Assembly (NCBI GenBank): GCA_951406725.2
Contig: OX597830.1
Span: 12,214,001 to 12,278,000 of the forward strand
Length of the DNA: 64,000 nucleotides
Source: Octopus vulgaris
Lineage: Eukaryota
Direction of reading: 5' to 3'
Part shown: piece by piece, positions 1-13,304 of the stretch
Layout of the letters: every line of letters begins with the position of its first letter
Position numbering within the stretch: position 1 is the first letter of the stretch
Position numbers and translations under genes: made by a program
Notes under the pieces: generated by a model
Told to the model about the DNA's origin: nothing
The model's database searches: none
Seen by the model: the letters and a program-made list of their open reading frames with translations, nothing else

Positions 1-200
1 AAATGGAAAAAAATGATGGTAAATGTATTTTTAAATCGTAGACTCATCGTAGACGCGCGTTAATACCCAGAAGAGCTCGATATGAATCACGACTATAAGA
101 TACCCGATTTTGGTTAAACTTCACCGCAAAATGTGGGAGTAGTTAGGAATCTAAATCGTAGGAGACAGACAGCACACAACCTCACTTTTATATATAAAGA
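1..200 (-). mobile_element. Non-autonomous Helitron (partial, cut by window edge)
   Basis: Near-identical to the copies at 1158, 26437 and 33265. Confidence 0.7.
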
Positions 201-384
201 TTACCATATTATCAAGTTTGAATTAGAACATTTATTACTTTTTAGTGGATAATATATCGGTTTGTAGTTATTAATTTTTAATTTTGAGTAGATAACACTA
301 TTATTTTAGTGGTTAAATTTTTTTCACTAATTTATTTGCCTTTTCTAGATATCGTGAAATAGAATGTTAATAAAACGCTGGAGT

Positions 385-920
<536 letters not shown>

Positions 921-1157
921 TTCAGCAACATTTAGATTCAAATGAATATAGTACTTAAGTTGATGCACCAGGATTTTGTATGGTGTTATCCATATAAATC
1001 AAATGGGATGATTATAATCAAAATAAGCAACAAGAATAACTTCGGTAATTAAAACTGCTGTAATACTTACAATGTTTAGTAAAATGATGTAGCGTGAAAC
1101 GATCGTACCAAATTACCGAAGATATTCTTGCTGCTTATTTTGATTTGTATATATATA

Positions 1158-1553
1158 CTAGCAGTATCGCCCGGCGTTGCTCGGGTTTGTAAGGGAAATA
1201 ACTATATAAGCATTTTTAGAGAGTTATAGTAAAAAATTAGCAAAAAATGCATTAAAAATGGAAAAAAAAATTATGGTAAATTTTTTTTTAAATCGTTGAC
1301 TCATCGTAGACATTTTTAGAGAGTTACTTCCCTTATACAATAGCGAAAAAGTGCATTAAAATGGAAAAAAATTATGGTAAATTTTTTAAAAAATCATAGA
1401 CTCATCGTAGACGCACGCTAATACCCAGAAGGGCTCGATATGAATCACGACTATAAGATACCCGGTTTTGGTTAAACTGCACCGCAAAATATGGGAGTAG
1501 TTAGGAATCTAAATCGTAGGAGACAGACACACAACTTGACTTTTATATATAAG
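1158..1553 (-). mobile_element. Non-autonomous Helitron
   Basis: Minus-strand 3' end cccgagcaacgccggg hairpin followed by CTAG|T; no TIR or TSD; multi-copy in window. Confidence 0.75.
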
Positions 1554-1852
1554 CATGATTCGTTCCCGTTTTGAATATCTGGTGTTCTAGTTATCTTTCA
1601 TTCTATTATTAACTGTTCGTTCCCGTTAGGGCTGTGAAAAGTCCTTGTATATTTGTGTTGGTCGTAATTATTCATACCAGTATTTAATTCCCAAACGGAG
1701 AATCTAATTTTTATTTCATTAAGAGTTTTTCGTTTTTGTCTTTGGAACTAATGAGACTCCGAAACAATTTGGGGAATGTATATTGGTTCTGTGCCAACCT
1801 GAATTATAAATTAACCTTCGTCTACAACCACAATTTTTCCTTTCCTTATACT

Positions 1853-1929
<77 letters not shown>

Positions 1930-2086
1930 CAAAAACAAAAGTAGATATATATATACAAAATAAACAGATGTATTATATGCTCAGAATAGAATATATATAT
2001 ATATCGAGCTACAATCTTCTACAGAAAGGGATACAGAAAATACAAGGAGATATATATATATATGTGCCGTATATACGATATATATG

Positions 2087-2168
<82 letters not shown>

Positions 2169-2462
2169 TACATACATACATTCACATTGTAAGCATAATC
2201 TAATTTCTAGATAAAAGTTTTCATTTCAGTCACAGATTAAAGAATGTATATACTAATGCCAAGATAAAAAAAAATAGAAGGTTAACATTTGCAATGCTTT
2301 CATGTATAAGAACACAATTGAAAACAGGTCAGATGAAGAGTATAAAACATTTTGCTGCGAACGTGACAGGCATAGACGGGTGTCAGGTATAGACGGGTGA
2401 CAGGCATAGACACAAGGCCTTAAACACCGGAGAAAGTGTTAGTCGGTACCAACAATCTCTGT

Positions 2463-4921
2463 ACTGATCAATAAAGCCATAACAAAAGACAGCCGAAGAA
2501 AGCAAATGGGTCTAAGTATGGCTTGGATCGATTATCGAAAATCGTTTGATAATATTCCCCACACATGGACCCTATAAACACTAGCCAAGAACTAGGTAGA
2601 ACCAATAATAAAAGGCTGGCTGAGAAATTTATTGAAATACTAGCGGAGCCAGAGACAATGCCTGAATGGCTCAGAGAATGGAAAACTATCCTAATTCCCA
2701 AATCCACTGAAACGGCAAACCCACAAGATTACAGACCAATAACTTGTCTCCCTACAATTTACAAAGCCTTTACTGCAATAATATCGCAGAGAATAGACAA
2801 ACATCTGGAAGAAAATAACCTGTTTCCAGAAGAGCAGATGGGATGCTGCGGGGGTTCATACGGCTGTAAAACCCAGTACTAATTAATAAAGCCATAACAG
2901 AAGACAGCTGAAGAAATAAAACGGGTCTAAGTATAGCTTGGATCGATTATCGAAAGGCTTTTGATAGTATTCCCCTCACATGGATCCTAGAAGCACTAGC
3001 CATGAGCAAGGTAGCACCAATAATCATAGAATATATAAAGCATTCCATGAATAAATGGCAAACAGTGCTAGAGCTCCAGATAAAAGCGACTCATAAAAAC
3101 CAAAGCCATTCCCATTAGAAGAGAAGAATATTCTAGGGAATCGCTCTCTCTACTTCTTTTCTGTCTGGCACTGACACCTTTATCTGACATGCTAAACAGA
3201 ACTGTGTGTGGATCCAACTGTTATGGCGAAACAACCAATCATCTCTTGTAAATGGATGATCTAAAACTGTATGTTACCAATGATAAACAGCTGGAAGCAT
3301 TACTACTGACAGTACATGGATTTACCAAATTTGGCTTAGAAAAATGTGCCAAAGCAACCTTGAAAAGAGGGAAACTAGTTAAGAGTAGTATCATCACACT
3401 AAATAAAGCAAATGAAATAGGAGAATTAGACCAAAGCCAGACATGCAACTACTTAGGAATCAATGAACTAGATACGATACAACACACACAAATGAAAGAG
3501 AACATAAGAAAGGAATACTATAGACGAATTAGATTAATACTGAAAACAGAGCTCAATGGGAAAAACAAGATAATGGGTATCAACACTCTTGCTGCCCCAG
3601 TTATAAGTTACAGCTACAATATCATTAGCTGTATTCTAAACGAACTAAGCAAAATAGACAGGAAAACAAGAAAAATAATGGCAGGATTTAGGATACACCA
3701 CACAAAATCTGACATAGAAAGGTTATAAATACAACATATCGAAGGTGGTGGATGCCTTATACAACTAGAAAACTATTACAAAATAACTACCATAATATTA
3801 CAGAAATACCCACTCCAGAAGCAAAGCAAACTGATACAAATAGCCACTAAACACGAACAAAACAAAAAAATATTTTCTGTCTTTAAGGAAGCTGATAAAT
3901 ACAAAGAAAGAAGTCGCAGTACCTAACAAATATGAAAAAAAAAAAAAAGAAACAACAAAAGCTGTAAAACAACTGGAATCCAAGCTAAAACTGGAACAGC
4001 AACGTAACATGATAAAACTATTACAAGAAAAGCCTACATAGCAAAGCAAATATTGGGTTAAGCTAAACAGAAAAGAAATAGACAAAGCAAATATTGGGTT
4101 AAGCTAAACAGAAAAGAAATAGACAAAGCAAATATTGGGTTAAGCTAAACAGAAAAGAAATAGACAAAGCAAATATTGGGTTAAGCTAAACAGAAAAGAA
4201 ATAGACAAAGCAAATATTGGGTTAAGCTAAACAGAAAAGAAATAGACAAAGCAAATATTGGGTTAAGCTAAACAGAAAAGAAATAGACAAAGCAAATATT
4301 GGGTTAAGCTAAACAGAAAAGAAATAGACAAAGCAAATATTGGGTTAAGCTAAACAGAAAAGAAATAGACAAAGCAAATATTGGGTTAAGCTAAACAGAA
4401 AAGAAATAGACAAAGCAAATATTGGGTTAAGCTAAACAGAAAAGAAATAGACAAAGCAAATATTGGGTTAAGCTAAACAGAAAAGAAATAGACAAAGCAA
4501 ATATTGGGTTAAGCTAAACAGAAAAGAAATAGACAAAGCAAATATTGGGTTAAGCTAAACAGAAAAGAAATAGACAAAGCAAATATTGGGTTAAGCTAAA
4601 CAGAAAAGAAATAGACAAAGCAAAATCCCCCCCCCCAAACTGAAAAGAAATAATAGACAATGGCTGAGAAGCTCAGGACTCAAAGCAGACTGAAGAATTT
4701 TAAATTACAGAACAAGATCAAAGCCTTCCCCACCAGAAATCACAAAAAAACACATAATGTAAAGAAATACAAGTAACTGCAGAATATGTGGTGATGGAGA
4801 AGGGACAATAAATCTTATTGTCACAGGTTACCCAGTCGTGGCTAAGAAGGACTATATTCACAGACGCGACAGAGGTGGGACCTACTTACTCTAGAAGTTA
4901 TGCGAACACTAGAAGCTATGC
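2463..4921 (+). mobile_element. Degraded non-LTR retrotransposon, RLE type (R4/Dong-like)
   Basis: RT motifs YRPITCLPTIYK, WIDYRKAFDSIP, MDDLKLY, FGLEKCAK; C-terminal CRIC knuckle remnant; many stops and frameshifts; 2463..2588 is a second diverged copy of the WIDYRK segment. Confidence 0.8.
4042..4624 (+). repeat. 41-bp minisatellite, 14 copies, inside the LINE
   Basis: Unit caaagcaaatattgggttaagctaaacagaaaagaaataga. Confidence 0.97.
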
Positions 4922-7900
4922 GACATTGCTGTTTAGCAAAAGAAAAAAAATATTGAATATGAATTAGTCACATTATTAGTGAGATACTTGACACTGCTTC
5001 TTAGCTACAAGATCTTGAATGTGTGGTTGAATGCCAGAGAGCGCACAACGTAAGTCCCTTTCAACGTCCAGTCTGTTTATGTCGGATCGGAAGCACTCCG
5101 TCGGTTACGACGATGAGGGTTCCGGTTGATCCGAATCAACGGAACAGCCTGCTCGTGAAATTAACGTGTAAGTGGCTGAGCACTCCACAGACACGTGTAC
5201 CCTTAACGTAGTTCTAGGGGATATTCAGCGTGACACAGAGAGTGACAAGGCCGGCCCTTGAAATACAGGTACAACAGAAACATGAAGTAAGAGTGAGAGA
5301 AAGTTGTGGTGAAAGAGTACAGCAGGGATCACCACCATCCCCTGCCGGAGCCTCGTGGAGCTTTTAGGTGTTTTCGCTCAATAAACACTCACAACGCCCG
5401 GTCTGGGAATCGAAACCGCGATCTTATGACCGCGAGTCCGCTGCCCTAACCACTGGGCCATTGCGCCTCCACTCTGTTTATGTACCGGGTCTTGACGGCA
5501 ACGATACGTGGGTCCAAACATAGCTAAAATCCAAAGAGCCTGATGTGAGATCAGGGGGTAAACATGAAGATACTTGATCCAGAACGTTTCAAGATCCAGT
5601 TCTTTAAAGTCTTCCTTGGCTGGGGAGTTGAACTTCAGCTCAAGAAACTCCTCTTGCACTTCATCCAAAACATCAGTCACTTCACACTAAAATGGGTTCC
5701 TGATGAATTTCCAAGCTTCACTATTTTCATCTGTGTCTGGGAAGAATCTGATGAATTCTGTTTTCAAGTCAGAGGAGTGATTATTTGTTTCTTTAGCTCA
5801 GAATCAAGGTTACCGTGAATGAGAGCAGAATCCAAGTAACTAAAGCTGGGACTGTATTTCCCTGGTAAATTCGACATTTCCAGAGGTCGAATTTGGCCAT
5901 GGAGGTTCGAATGGGGTCGAGGTGCGTGAGAATGTTGATGTTTCCCTTGTAGTTTAAGGTCGAGAGCATTCAACGCGCCGAAGATGTCAACCAGGTAAGC
6001 TAGAGATAGCTGAAAGCCTTCAAACTGGAACTTGTCATAGAGATTTGCCTTCTGTTGCAAATCTAGAAATATTGCTATTTCTTCTCGTAGTTCATACAGC
6101 CCTCCAAGTATGTTCCCCTTTGATAGCCATTGTATGTTCGTGTGAAAAAGCAATACTCCATGTTCCGATTCCATAGCTTTACACAGCAATTTGAAAAGAC
6201 GACTGCTTAAGGCTCCACCTTTAACAAAGTTGACAACCTTCAGGACAGTTCTCATTTCAGTAGGTAAGTTTCTGGATGCTAAGGATTCACGATGAAGAAT
6301 GCAGTGCGTACCTACAAAAGATGGATTTTTTTTTCAGTCTAGTAATGAATCCAGTCTGCAGATCAAGTATGGCTGGAGCTCAATCAGTGCACATTTTTAC
6401 CAGTGAATCCCACAAAAGCTGGTTTTCCTGAACGAAATATGATTCATCACGAAAAATAGCTGCTGTACAGGACAACATTTCTTTTTTTACTCAGTTGCCT
6501 CACACAAAACGAGCATATACCAGTAACTGAGAACACTGTGCGATGTCAGTCGTTTCGTCACACTGGATAGCAAAAACAAGAGATTCTTTTATTTGGTCGA
6601 GAATTTGATGTTTAGTGTCTTGAGACGAGTCGTCGATCCTTCTCTTGACTGTACAGTTTGATAGTGAAATCTGAGGAAGTATGTTTCACTATCTTTCCCC
6701 AGCACGAGTTATGCTGCATGGAGTAGACTTGGTTTTATGAGAGACTCTCCGATGTTATGGCTATTCTTGCTCTTTGCAATCAACATGGCGATCTCATAGG
6801 AAACCTCAGCAACCATTGAAGTTTGTTGCCGAAATGCACCACTGCCCTCCAACTTAGCTTGCTTCAAGGAATATCTTTTTGTTTTAAAGAATGCCTTGGG
6901 CTTGACTGCAACAGCAGGATGTATTGTCCTCAAGTGGCATTCCAAGCTTCAGGGTCGCACTCCATCATTGCTCAAAGGAGGGCTTCAATGTCACTCTTTT
7001 GGAGGGCCACGAATCCAAATTGAATATATTCGTCAAGATATTTCCGCTTCTTTGCACTCATTGCGAATTATTTGATGTGCAGTGGACAACACAAGTATGT
7101 GAACAAAAGATAAGGCACGTGTAAGGTAATGTCAAGGCCCAAGTTAGAGAGCTTGGAATAAAAGATTCTGAAAAAAATTAAAACAAAAGAATTTGGAATA
7201 AAAGTTAAATTAAAAGAAAACTTATAGGCAGGATCTTAACTAGAAGGTTTGTACAAAAAAATATTGTATTTATTCGTACGAAAATATATAAAAAAGTTTC
7301 TTTAATAAAGAAAAGCTTTTGCATAGCTTTTAGTTTTTCCTAGTACTTTCTGTAATATTTAAATCTGAATTTTAGTTTAAGATTTGGCTTTATATTATAA
7401 TTTTTTTCTTCCAAAAATTTACTATATTTTTAACATTATCATTTAATATTAAAAATGTTGGTTTTATTGTTAAAGTTATTTTTTCTAATCTATGTTTTAA
7501 GTTTTTTTTTTAGAATTTGTTAAATTGAGCGATAGTAGAACCTATTACCTACTTTTTGTTTTATTTCTTATTTTTGAATATAATATTCTTTTCATCTTGC
7601 TAAAATTTAAAATTAGTTTTCAATTTTTAAAATTAAGTTAATATTTCTTATAACATTACTATAATGATTTGATGTTTCAGCATGTCTCTTGAATTTTAAG
7701 AATCACATTATTTCATATATATGAAAACTGGATCGAACTTATTTGTAATCTATTAACTGAAAAAGATGTTTGTCTTAACACGATAATAATATCCAAGCTT
7801 TATACCAGTAGTTCTTAACCTGAGTCTTGTAATAAAAAGAAATTACAAGCTAAAGGCAAATGTTAAAGCTAATATTCAGAATTAGTGAGGGTTTTGAGAG

Positions 7901-8143
7901 ATATGAAGGGATGTTAATAAGTACAGAAAATGATAAGCGGCACTAAGATAATAGAATAAGAAAACTAAAGGTATAAGACGACACTTTTGAATTTTTCATA
8001 AACTTCTTAGTATTTGACCATGCTCTCGTTAAGAGAATTACAAGTATAATTAGAGAAATTCCTAACCTTTTCAAGGGCTCGCGCCGCCTTAGAGATTACT
8101 AACGCCCAACTAGGGAGCGAGCCCTTCATGTTAAGAACCACCG
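4922..8143 (-). mobile_element. hAT (Buster/Charlie, ZBED5/ZBED8-like) DNA transposon fossil, copy 1, one end truncated
   Basis: Transposase fragments (HNIGESLIKP, AIQCDETTD, CTDGA, LLFHTNIQWLSKG, LAYLVDIF); TIR gttaagaaccaccg at 8130..8143; reverse-complement homolog of 51445..54750. Confidence 0.88.
5089..5470 (-). mobile_element. SINE family B (tRNA-derived) nested in hAT copy 1
   Basis: Head ggaggcgcaatggcccagtgg with B box gtttcgattcc; TSD acataaacag. Confidence 0.85.
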
Positions 8144-8214
8144 TTTTAGAACATTGTCATTTTATAAGATTTTGCTAGCAAATTTTAAAATTAATATCTG
8201 ACCGAGGAATATTT

Positions 8215-9910
8215 CCCTATTCACATAGGAGTGGGTACTAAGCTAGGTTGTGAGGCTGATGCTCGTGCCACCATAGCTTTCACCATCTTTCCCTCTGAGT
8301 CCCCAAAGGTCATCCTCAAACTTGACTTTAAGACTGCTTTTAATTCGATCAGTCGAGACGTCATCCTCCCCTCAATAGGGGAGAATTCCCCCACCACGTT
8401 ATCACATCGCTTGGCAAACCTATCGGGAGTCCTCCTACCTCTCATTTGGTGACCACCTCATCTCATTTGCCTCTGGGGTCTAACAGGGTGATCCACTTGG
8501 TCCTGCCCCATTCGCATTGGGTATTGATGATGTTACCTAATTGGGAGCCGACTTAGACCTAAATGTCTAGGATCTCGATGGGAGGCTCTCCTGATAAGGT
8601 GCTTGTAACTGCGAAGGGGATGATCGAGGAACTTGATTTTAGATGTCTTAACGTTAACAGCTCCCAATGCGAGCCCTGGTCCCTCAGCCACCCAGCTTCG
8701 CATGAGCATTCCTCCTTCATCAGCGTGCTGCTCCCTTGGAACCCCAATTACTGACCTAGCTTTCGAATCTATCTTTAGATCTAAAATAGCTAACCTCGAA
8801 CAACTTTTAAAAAACCTTGAAGTAATTGAACTCCCACCAAGGTTTTTTATACTTAGGAATTGTCAATTCCTAAGCTATTGTATTTTCTGAGAGTTAGTCC
8901 CGCTTACAGATTCCTGTCGTCCTCCAATACATGGACGACCTAATCTTCAAGAAACTCGAATGCCTAGTCAATGTCAAACTCTCTCTAGACTCGCATGGCC
9001 AGGCTACTTTGCTCAAACGGTTTTGGGGTCTAGGTCTGCGCAAGTGCTCTTCCTTGCTTTCTTTCCTCCATCCACGTTTGGTCCCTTTTCGTAGTCAGCA
9101 TCCTCTCCTCTCCAACATGGACTAATTCCAACAGGGAGATGGATAAATCTCTATCACAGTGGATAGAGCTGGGTTTGTCAGTTCCGTTTACAGTGGTGGA
9201 TAAGCAGAAACAGAGAGTATGGGACAATCTGCGTTCAGGTGCCACTTTCAACTCTCCCCTTGATCAATCTGATCAATTTTCAAGGTATCGCCTACTTTCA
9301 GCTAGTACAAAATTCTCAGGGGACTGGATTGATGCCCTGTCTGTGGCCAACATTGGAATTCTACTCAGTCTACTCCGCATATCCATGGAGGTCTACTCCG
9401 CATCTCCGCGCTCAGAATTGGACCTGATGTCTGTAGGGGACTGAGATGCCGCTGTGGTAGGCCTACTCGACCCCACAGGTCTTCACGATCTCTTTTGCGG
9501 TGTAAAAGCTAGTTGCTTCGCTCGTCACACCGAGCTAAACCTAATCATCAAGCGGACCCTGGCTCGGATTAATATCATTTCAGTTCTGGAGCCGTCGGGG
9601 TTATCCAGAAGTGATGGAAAGAGACCAGATAGTCTTACCCTCTGTCCCTGGGCTAGAGGTAGGTGCCTCATTTGGGACGTCACAGTCTACGACTCCTTTG
9701 TTCTCTTCCAACCTGTGGCGTTTGAGACGTTCGGAGGGACTGGGCCACTAACAGCGAAGTTCTTGTCAACGTTGGCAGCTCGCCTCACCGAGGTTTCAGG
9801 TGATGTCTGCGAGGGCGCTTGGCTTTCCCAACACCTTAACCGTGGTTATGCTGCGAGAATGATGACTTGCTTCAGTAGGTTCCGTTAAACCTTGTAGTGT
9901 GCGACCAGTT
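8215..9910 (+). mobile_element. Degraded CRE-clade-like non-LTR retrotransposon (RT plus restriction-like endonuclease)
   Basis: GVGTKLGCEA, KLDFKTAFNSISRD, QGDPLGP, RHTELN, GKRPD..L.PWARG..LIWDVT, PVAFETFG; frameshifted. Confidence 0.8.
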
Positions 9911-10728
9911 GCTGTAATAATAAAAATTTCCCACGAATGATTTCACTACAGAAAGATTTGGAATAATTAGATGAAAGTTCTCCGGTAATTTTCTTTCATG
10001 AAAATGTTTTGTATTAATTTTAAAAGTTGGTTAGAAAATTAAAAGGTTGATAATCATGTTTTTTAATCACATCTTTATGAAACTATGAAACAGTAGCAGT
10101 ATATACTTTTCTACATATTTTATTTTAAAACAAATTACAAAAAAATTAATACAAAATTTTTTATAGTGTCTTTGCATTTTATCATACAAAAGGTTACTTT
10201 TTGACCCAGTTGTAATTTTCTCTTTACAAAACTGAAAGAAAACAAAAACCTAGATCTCATAATAAGAAAATATACATAAGGTATTGTTTCAAAAATAGAA
10301 ATATATAAACGTGTTGAATCTGCTCAAAGAATATATCAGCTTAACAGCTTTTGGAATTTGTATCTCCTCAGAGTTTTGTTGAAATTATGCATAATAGATT
10401 AATTCCTTTGGATTATTATGCATCGATTCAGATATTGTATGTTAATGTATATCTTGAAAATATTGAATTTGCAGTGACAGAATGGGAGGGTTGAAGTTTG
10501 CATTACTCCAAAGTAAAAAAATGTTTAAGTGATGTCAGATGAATCGAAACCGGTATATTACACTCGAAGTTTGAAAAATATTGTGTAATCCTAGATGATT
10601 AAGGCTCAATGATTAAGACAGATGAATAAGGTAACTCCTGGTGCCATTTAGATTGTTATATTTTTACAAAGTGTGACTTCTTTCTTATTGGGTTTATTCG
10701 GATAAATGTTATTCGGTTCGAACGAAAA

Positions 10729-10759
<31 letters not shown>

Positions 10760-10847
10760 TTCCTATGTAAATGACGTTTCCCTTTGTGGAAAAAGTATTG
10801 TTGGTAGTTTGCTTGTTTAGTTATTTGTTTTGGTTGCTTTCTGTGTT

Positions 10848-10924
10848 TCATTTTGTTGCGAAATCAACCTCAACATCAAGGTAGGGGTCAGTGCCTTTAT
10901 CTCTGAGCCGTTTAAGGCTATTCT
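10848..10924 (-). other. Candidate terminal exon start (3'UTR exon, or alternative C-terminus ENSLKRLRDKGTDPYLDVEVDFATK*)
   Basis: Strong acceptor ttctttgtattttcag ending at 10925; in frame (phase 1) with the FN3-4 exon; AATAAA hexamers further downstream on the minus strand. No transcript evidence. Confidence 0.45.
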
Positions 10925-11151
10925 CTGAAAATACAAAGAACAAATTTATCTGAAATATTTTAAAAAATATTCTAATGGAGGACACTAACAAAAGAAAGTA
11001 GAACGAAAAATTACAGGTCGCAAGGAATTGTAGATATCCGCCGAAAACAACTCTTGACACCTTTTCTGACCAACATTGCCGAAGCCAGAAAAGGTAATTT
11101 AAATACACATAAGCTGGTTTGCAAAGAAAGTCAATTGTTCAACGATTATAA

Positions 11152-11381
11152 GGCGGCGAGTTGGCAGAAACGTTAGCACGCCGGGCGAAATGCGTAGCCG
11201 TATTTCGTCTGCCGTTACGTTCTGAGTTCAAATTTCGCCCAGGTCCACTTTGCCTTTCATCCTTTCAGGGTCGATAAATTAAGTACCAGTTACGCTCTGG
11301 GGTCGATGTAATCGACTTAATCCGTTTGTCTGTCCTTGTTTGTCCCCTCTATGTTTAGCCCCTTGTGGGTAATAAAGAAAC
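11152..11381 (+). mobile_element. SINE family C
   Basis: Head ggcggcgagttggcagaaacg, central gcctttcatcctttc..ggtcgataaa..gtaccag block; multi-copy in window. Confidence 0.85.
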
Positions 11382-11673
11382 GGATTATAAGTCACTGGGC
11401 AAATGTAAAAGCTATTAACGAGCCAGAATTTCCGAGATGCATAAACTCGCACCTATCATGGACAGCTATGAGATGTAGGGAAATTGTGTATGGACCGGGT
11501 TAGGTGGTGGGATAACAAATCGCTTTGGAAAACATCGGATTTCGAGGTGCGGACAGACTTTCTCGATCTAAATGTTAAATCGGAAGTGCAGGACATGAAC
11601 GGTAGCAAAGGTGATATTCACAAACTTAGTATTCATTCTTCACACAGACTTCTTGGGGCACCTTTAAAATATT

Positions 11674-11904
11674 TATTTCTTTACTACCCACAAGGGGCTA
11701 AACGCAGAGAGGACAAACAAGGACAGACAAACGGATTAAGTCGATTACATCGACCCCAGTGCGTAACTGGTACTTATTTAATCAACCCTGGGAGGATGAA
11801 AGGCAAAGTCGACCTCGGCGGAATTTGAACTCAGAACGCAGCAGCAGACGAAATACAGCTACGCATTTCGCCCGGCGTGCTGTCGTTTCTGCCAGCTCGC
11901 CGCC
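11674..11904 (-). mobile_element. SINE family C, inverted relative to the 11152 copy
   Basis: Reverse complement of the family C sequence. Confidence 0.85.
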
Positions 11905-12389
11905 TTTAAAATATTCGTGATTAAACCCCGCCCTCGAGATTTAAGGGCGTTTTAAACTCACGCTAGGAACGTATGTAGCAAGTTAATAAGCAGGTGGGAT
12001 GTAAAAGCCGCAAGAAATAACTCAGTTTTATTAATCTAACAGGTAATGACTAGATTCCCCGAATATACCGGTGTATATTTAGAATCATTGCATCGAGCCA
12101 TCCAGGTTGGCGGATTGAGATGATATACAATGTCTATAATTTCAAACGATCGGCTTCAAAGAATATGTGATTTGTACAGTCGATCTAGGTAGGACGCATT
12201 GTCAAAGATCTAATCTTTAGACGCTGAACTTGTTCCTAGAGTGCAGTGTTTGCAGCAGTCGGATGAGTGAATTAGCGGTAGTTGACTGACGATTATCAAC
12301 AACTGAAGAAGTTAACTGAGTGGAATCAATAAAGTTTAGCGAAAAAAAGTAGTGATAAGCAAAACTAGATTAAAGGGAGAACTAATAAG

Positions 12390-12799
12390 GGATCTTTTCG
12401 GTTTGAACGGGAGTTTTTAACATAATTTCTTGGTAACTAAAAAATGTTAAACTTCGTATACTGGTAGAATGTGTTTATAAAACATCTTTTTCTCTTGGCT
12501 TTATTGAGAAAATTCTATAGTTTGTAAGATATTTGTTGTTTTTCTCTTCAATTTCTGCAATTTCAACCAATCACTGACGTCTATTGAGGTAAATAACATT
12601 CTGTGCCGTATAAATATGTCCCTCGTTTAAGAAACAGATTGGGTTTATTTACATTTGTGAAGAAAAAAAGATACCCTTCCACCCACCCCTAACCCTAAAA
12701 GAGATTGAAATGCAATAGATCGATACTAGGGTCATAATTATGGGTGACAATTTCATATGACACCGCTAGAAAAAACTGCCGTTCAAACCGAAAAGATCC
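12390..12799. mobile_element. MITE with GGATCTTTTCGGTTTGAACGG TIRs and 8-bp TSD
   Basis: TSD ctaataag on both sides; second copy at 59595. Confidence 0.9.
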
Positions 12800-12971
12800 C
12801 TAATAAGTAAATTATTAGAAAGGTATCAAAACTTTGTGAAGGCTATCCTTCAAGTTGACGGGATCAGTCGTCAACCACCGGTGACGGAGTATCTAGAAGA
12901 AAGTGATTATATCAAAATCGATCGGGTCTAATCAAAACGATAGCAACAGAGAAAATAGGCTGGAAAGGTAA

Positions 12972-13147
12972 CGATGCTGGCGTGTTTACGTCGCCGTCAC
13001 TTAGCGGTTCGGCAAAAGAGACCCATAGAATAAGTACTGGGCTTACAAAAGAATAAGTCCCGGGGTCGATTTGCTCGACTAAAGGCGGTGCTCCAGCATG
13101 GCCGCAGTCAAATGACTGAAACGAGTAAAAGAGTAAAAGAGTAAAAG
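12972..13147 (+). mobile_element. SINE family A, 3' half
   Basis: Matches the family A 3' region with (gtaaaaga)n tail. Confidence 0.8.
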
Positions 13148-13185
13148 TGTATATGAACATAGGATTTTAACTTACCAAGGTAACA

Positions 13186-13304
13186 TTAATAAATCCATGT
13201 AATTATACAAAGAAAACACAAAATTAGAATACTAATCGATGAACTCAATCTATTTGACTCTGCTAACAAGCTGTATGAAGATGGATCAAAGACAACCTGG
13301 CCTC
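13186..13304 (-). CDS. CNTN: Contactin last coding exon, GPI-anchor signal (GQVVFDPSSYSLLAESNRLSSSISILILCFLCIITWIY*)
   Basis: ttttccag acceptor, phase 1, stop TAA at 13188..13186; small residues followed by a hydrophobic tail; gtaagt donor 10 nt after the stop. Confidence 0.85.

Noticed and set aside
4042-4624. CRISPR-like periodic array
   Set aside because: Head-to-tail identical units with no unique spacers, eukaryotic context, no cas genes.
10525-10565. gaaaccggta palindromic half-core
   Set aside because: No CUGANGA-type element or stems upstream.
11390-12380. Possible Ty3/gypsy pol remnant on the minus strand
   Set aside because: Only faint RNase H-like hints; no motif I can support without a search.
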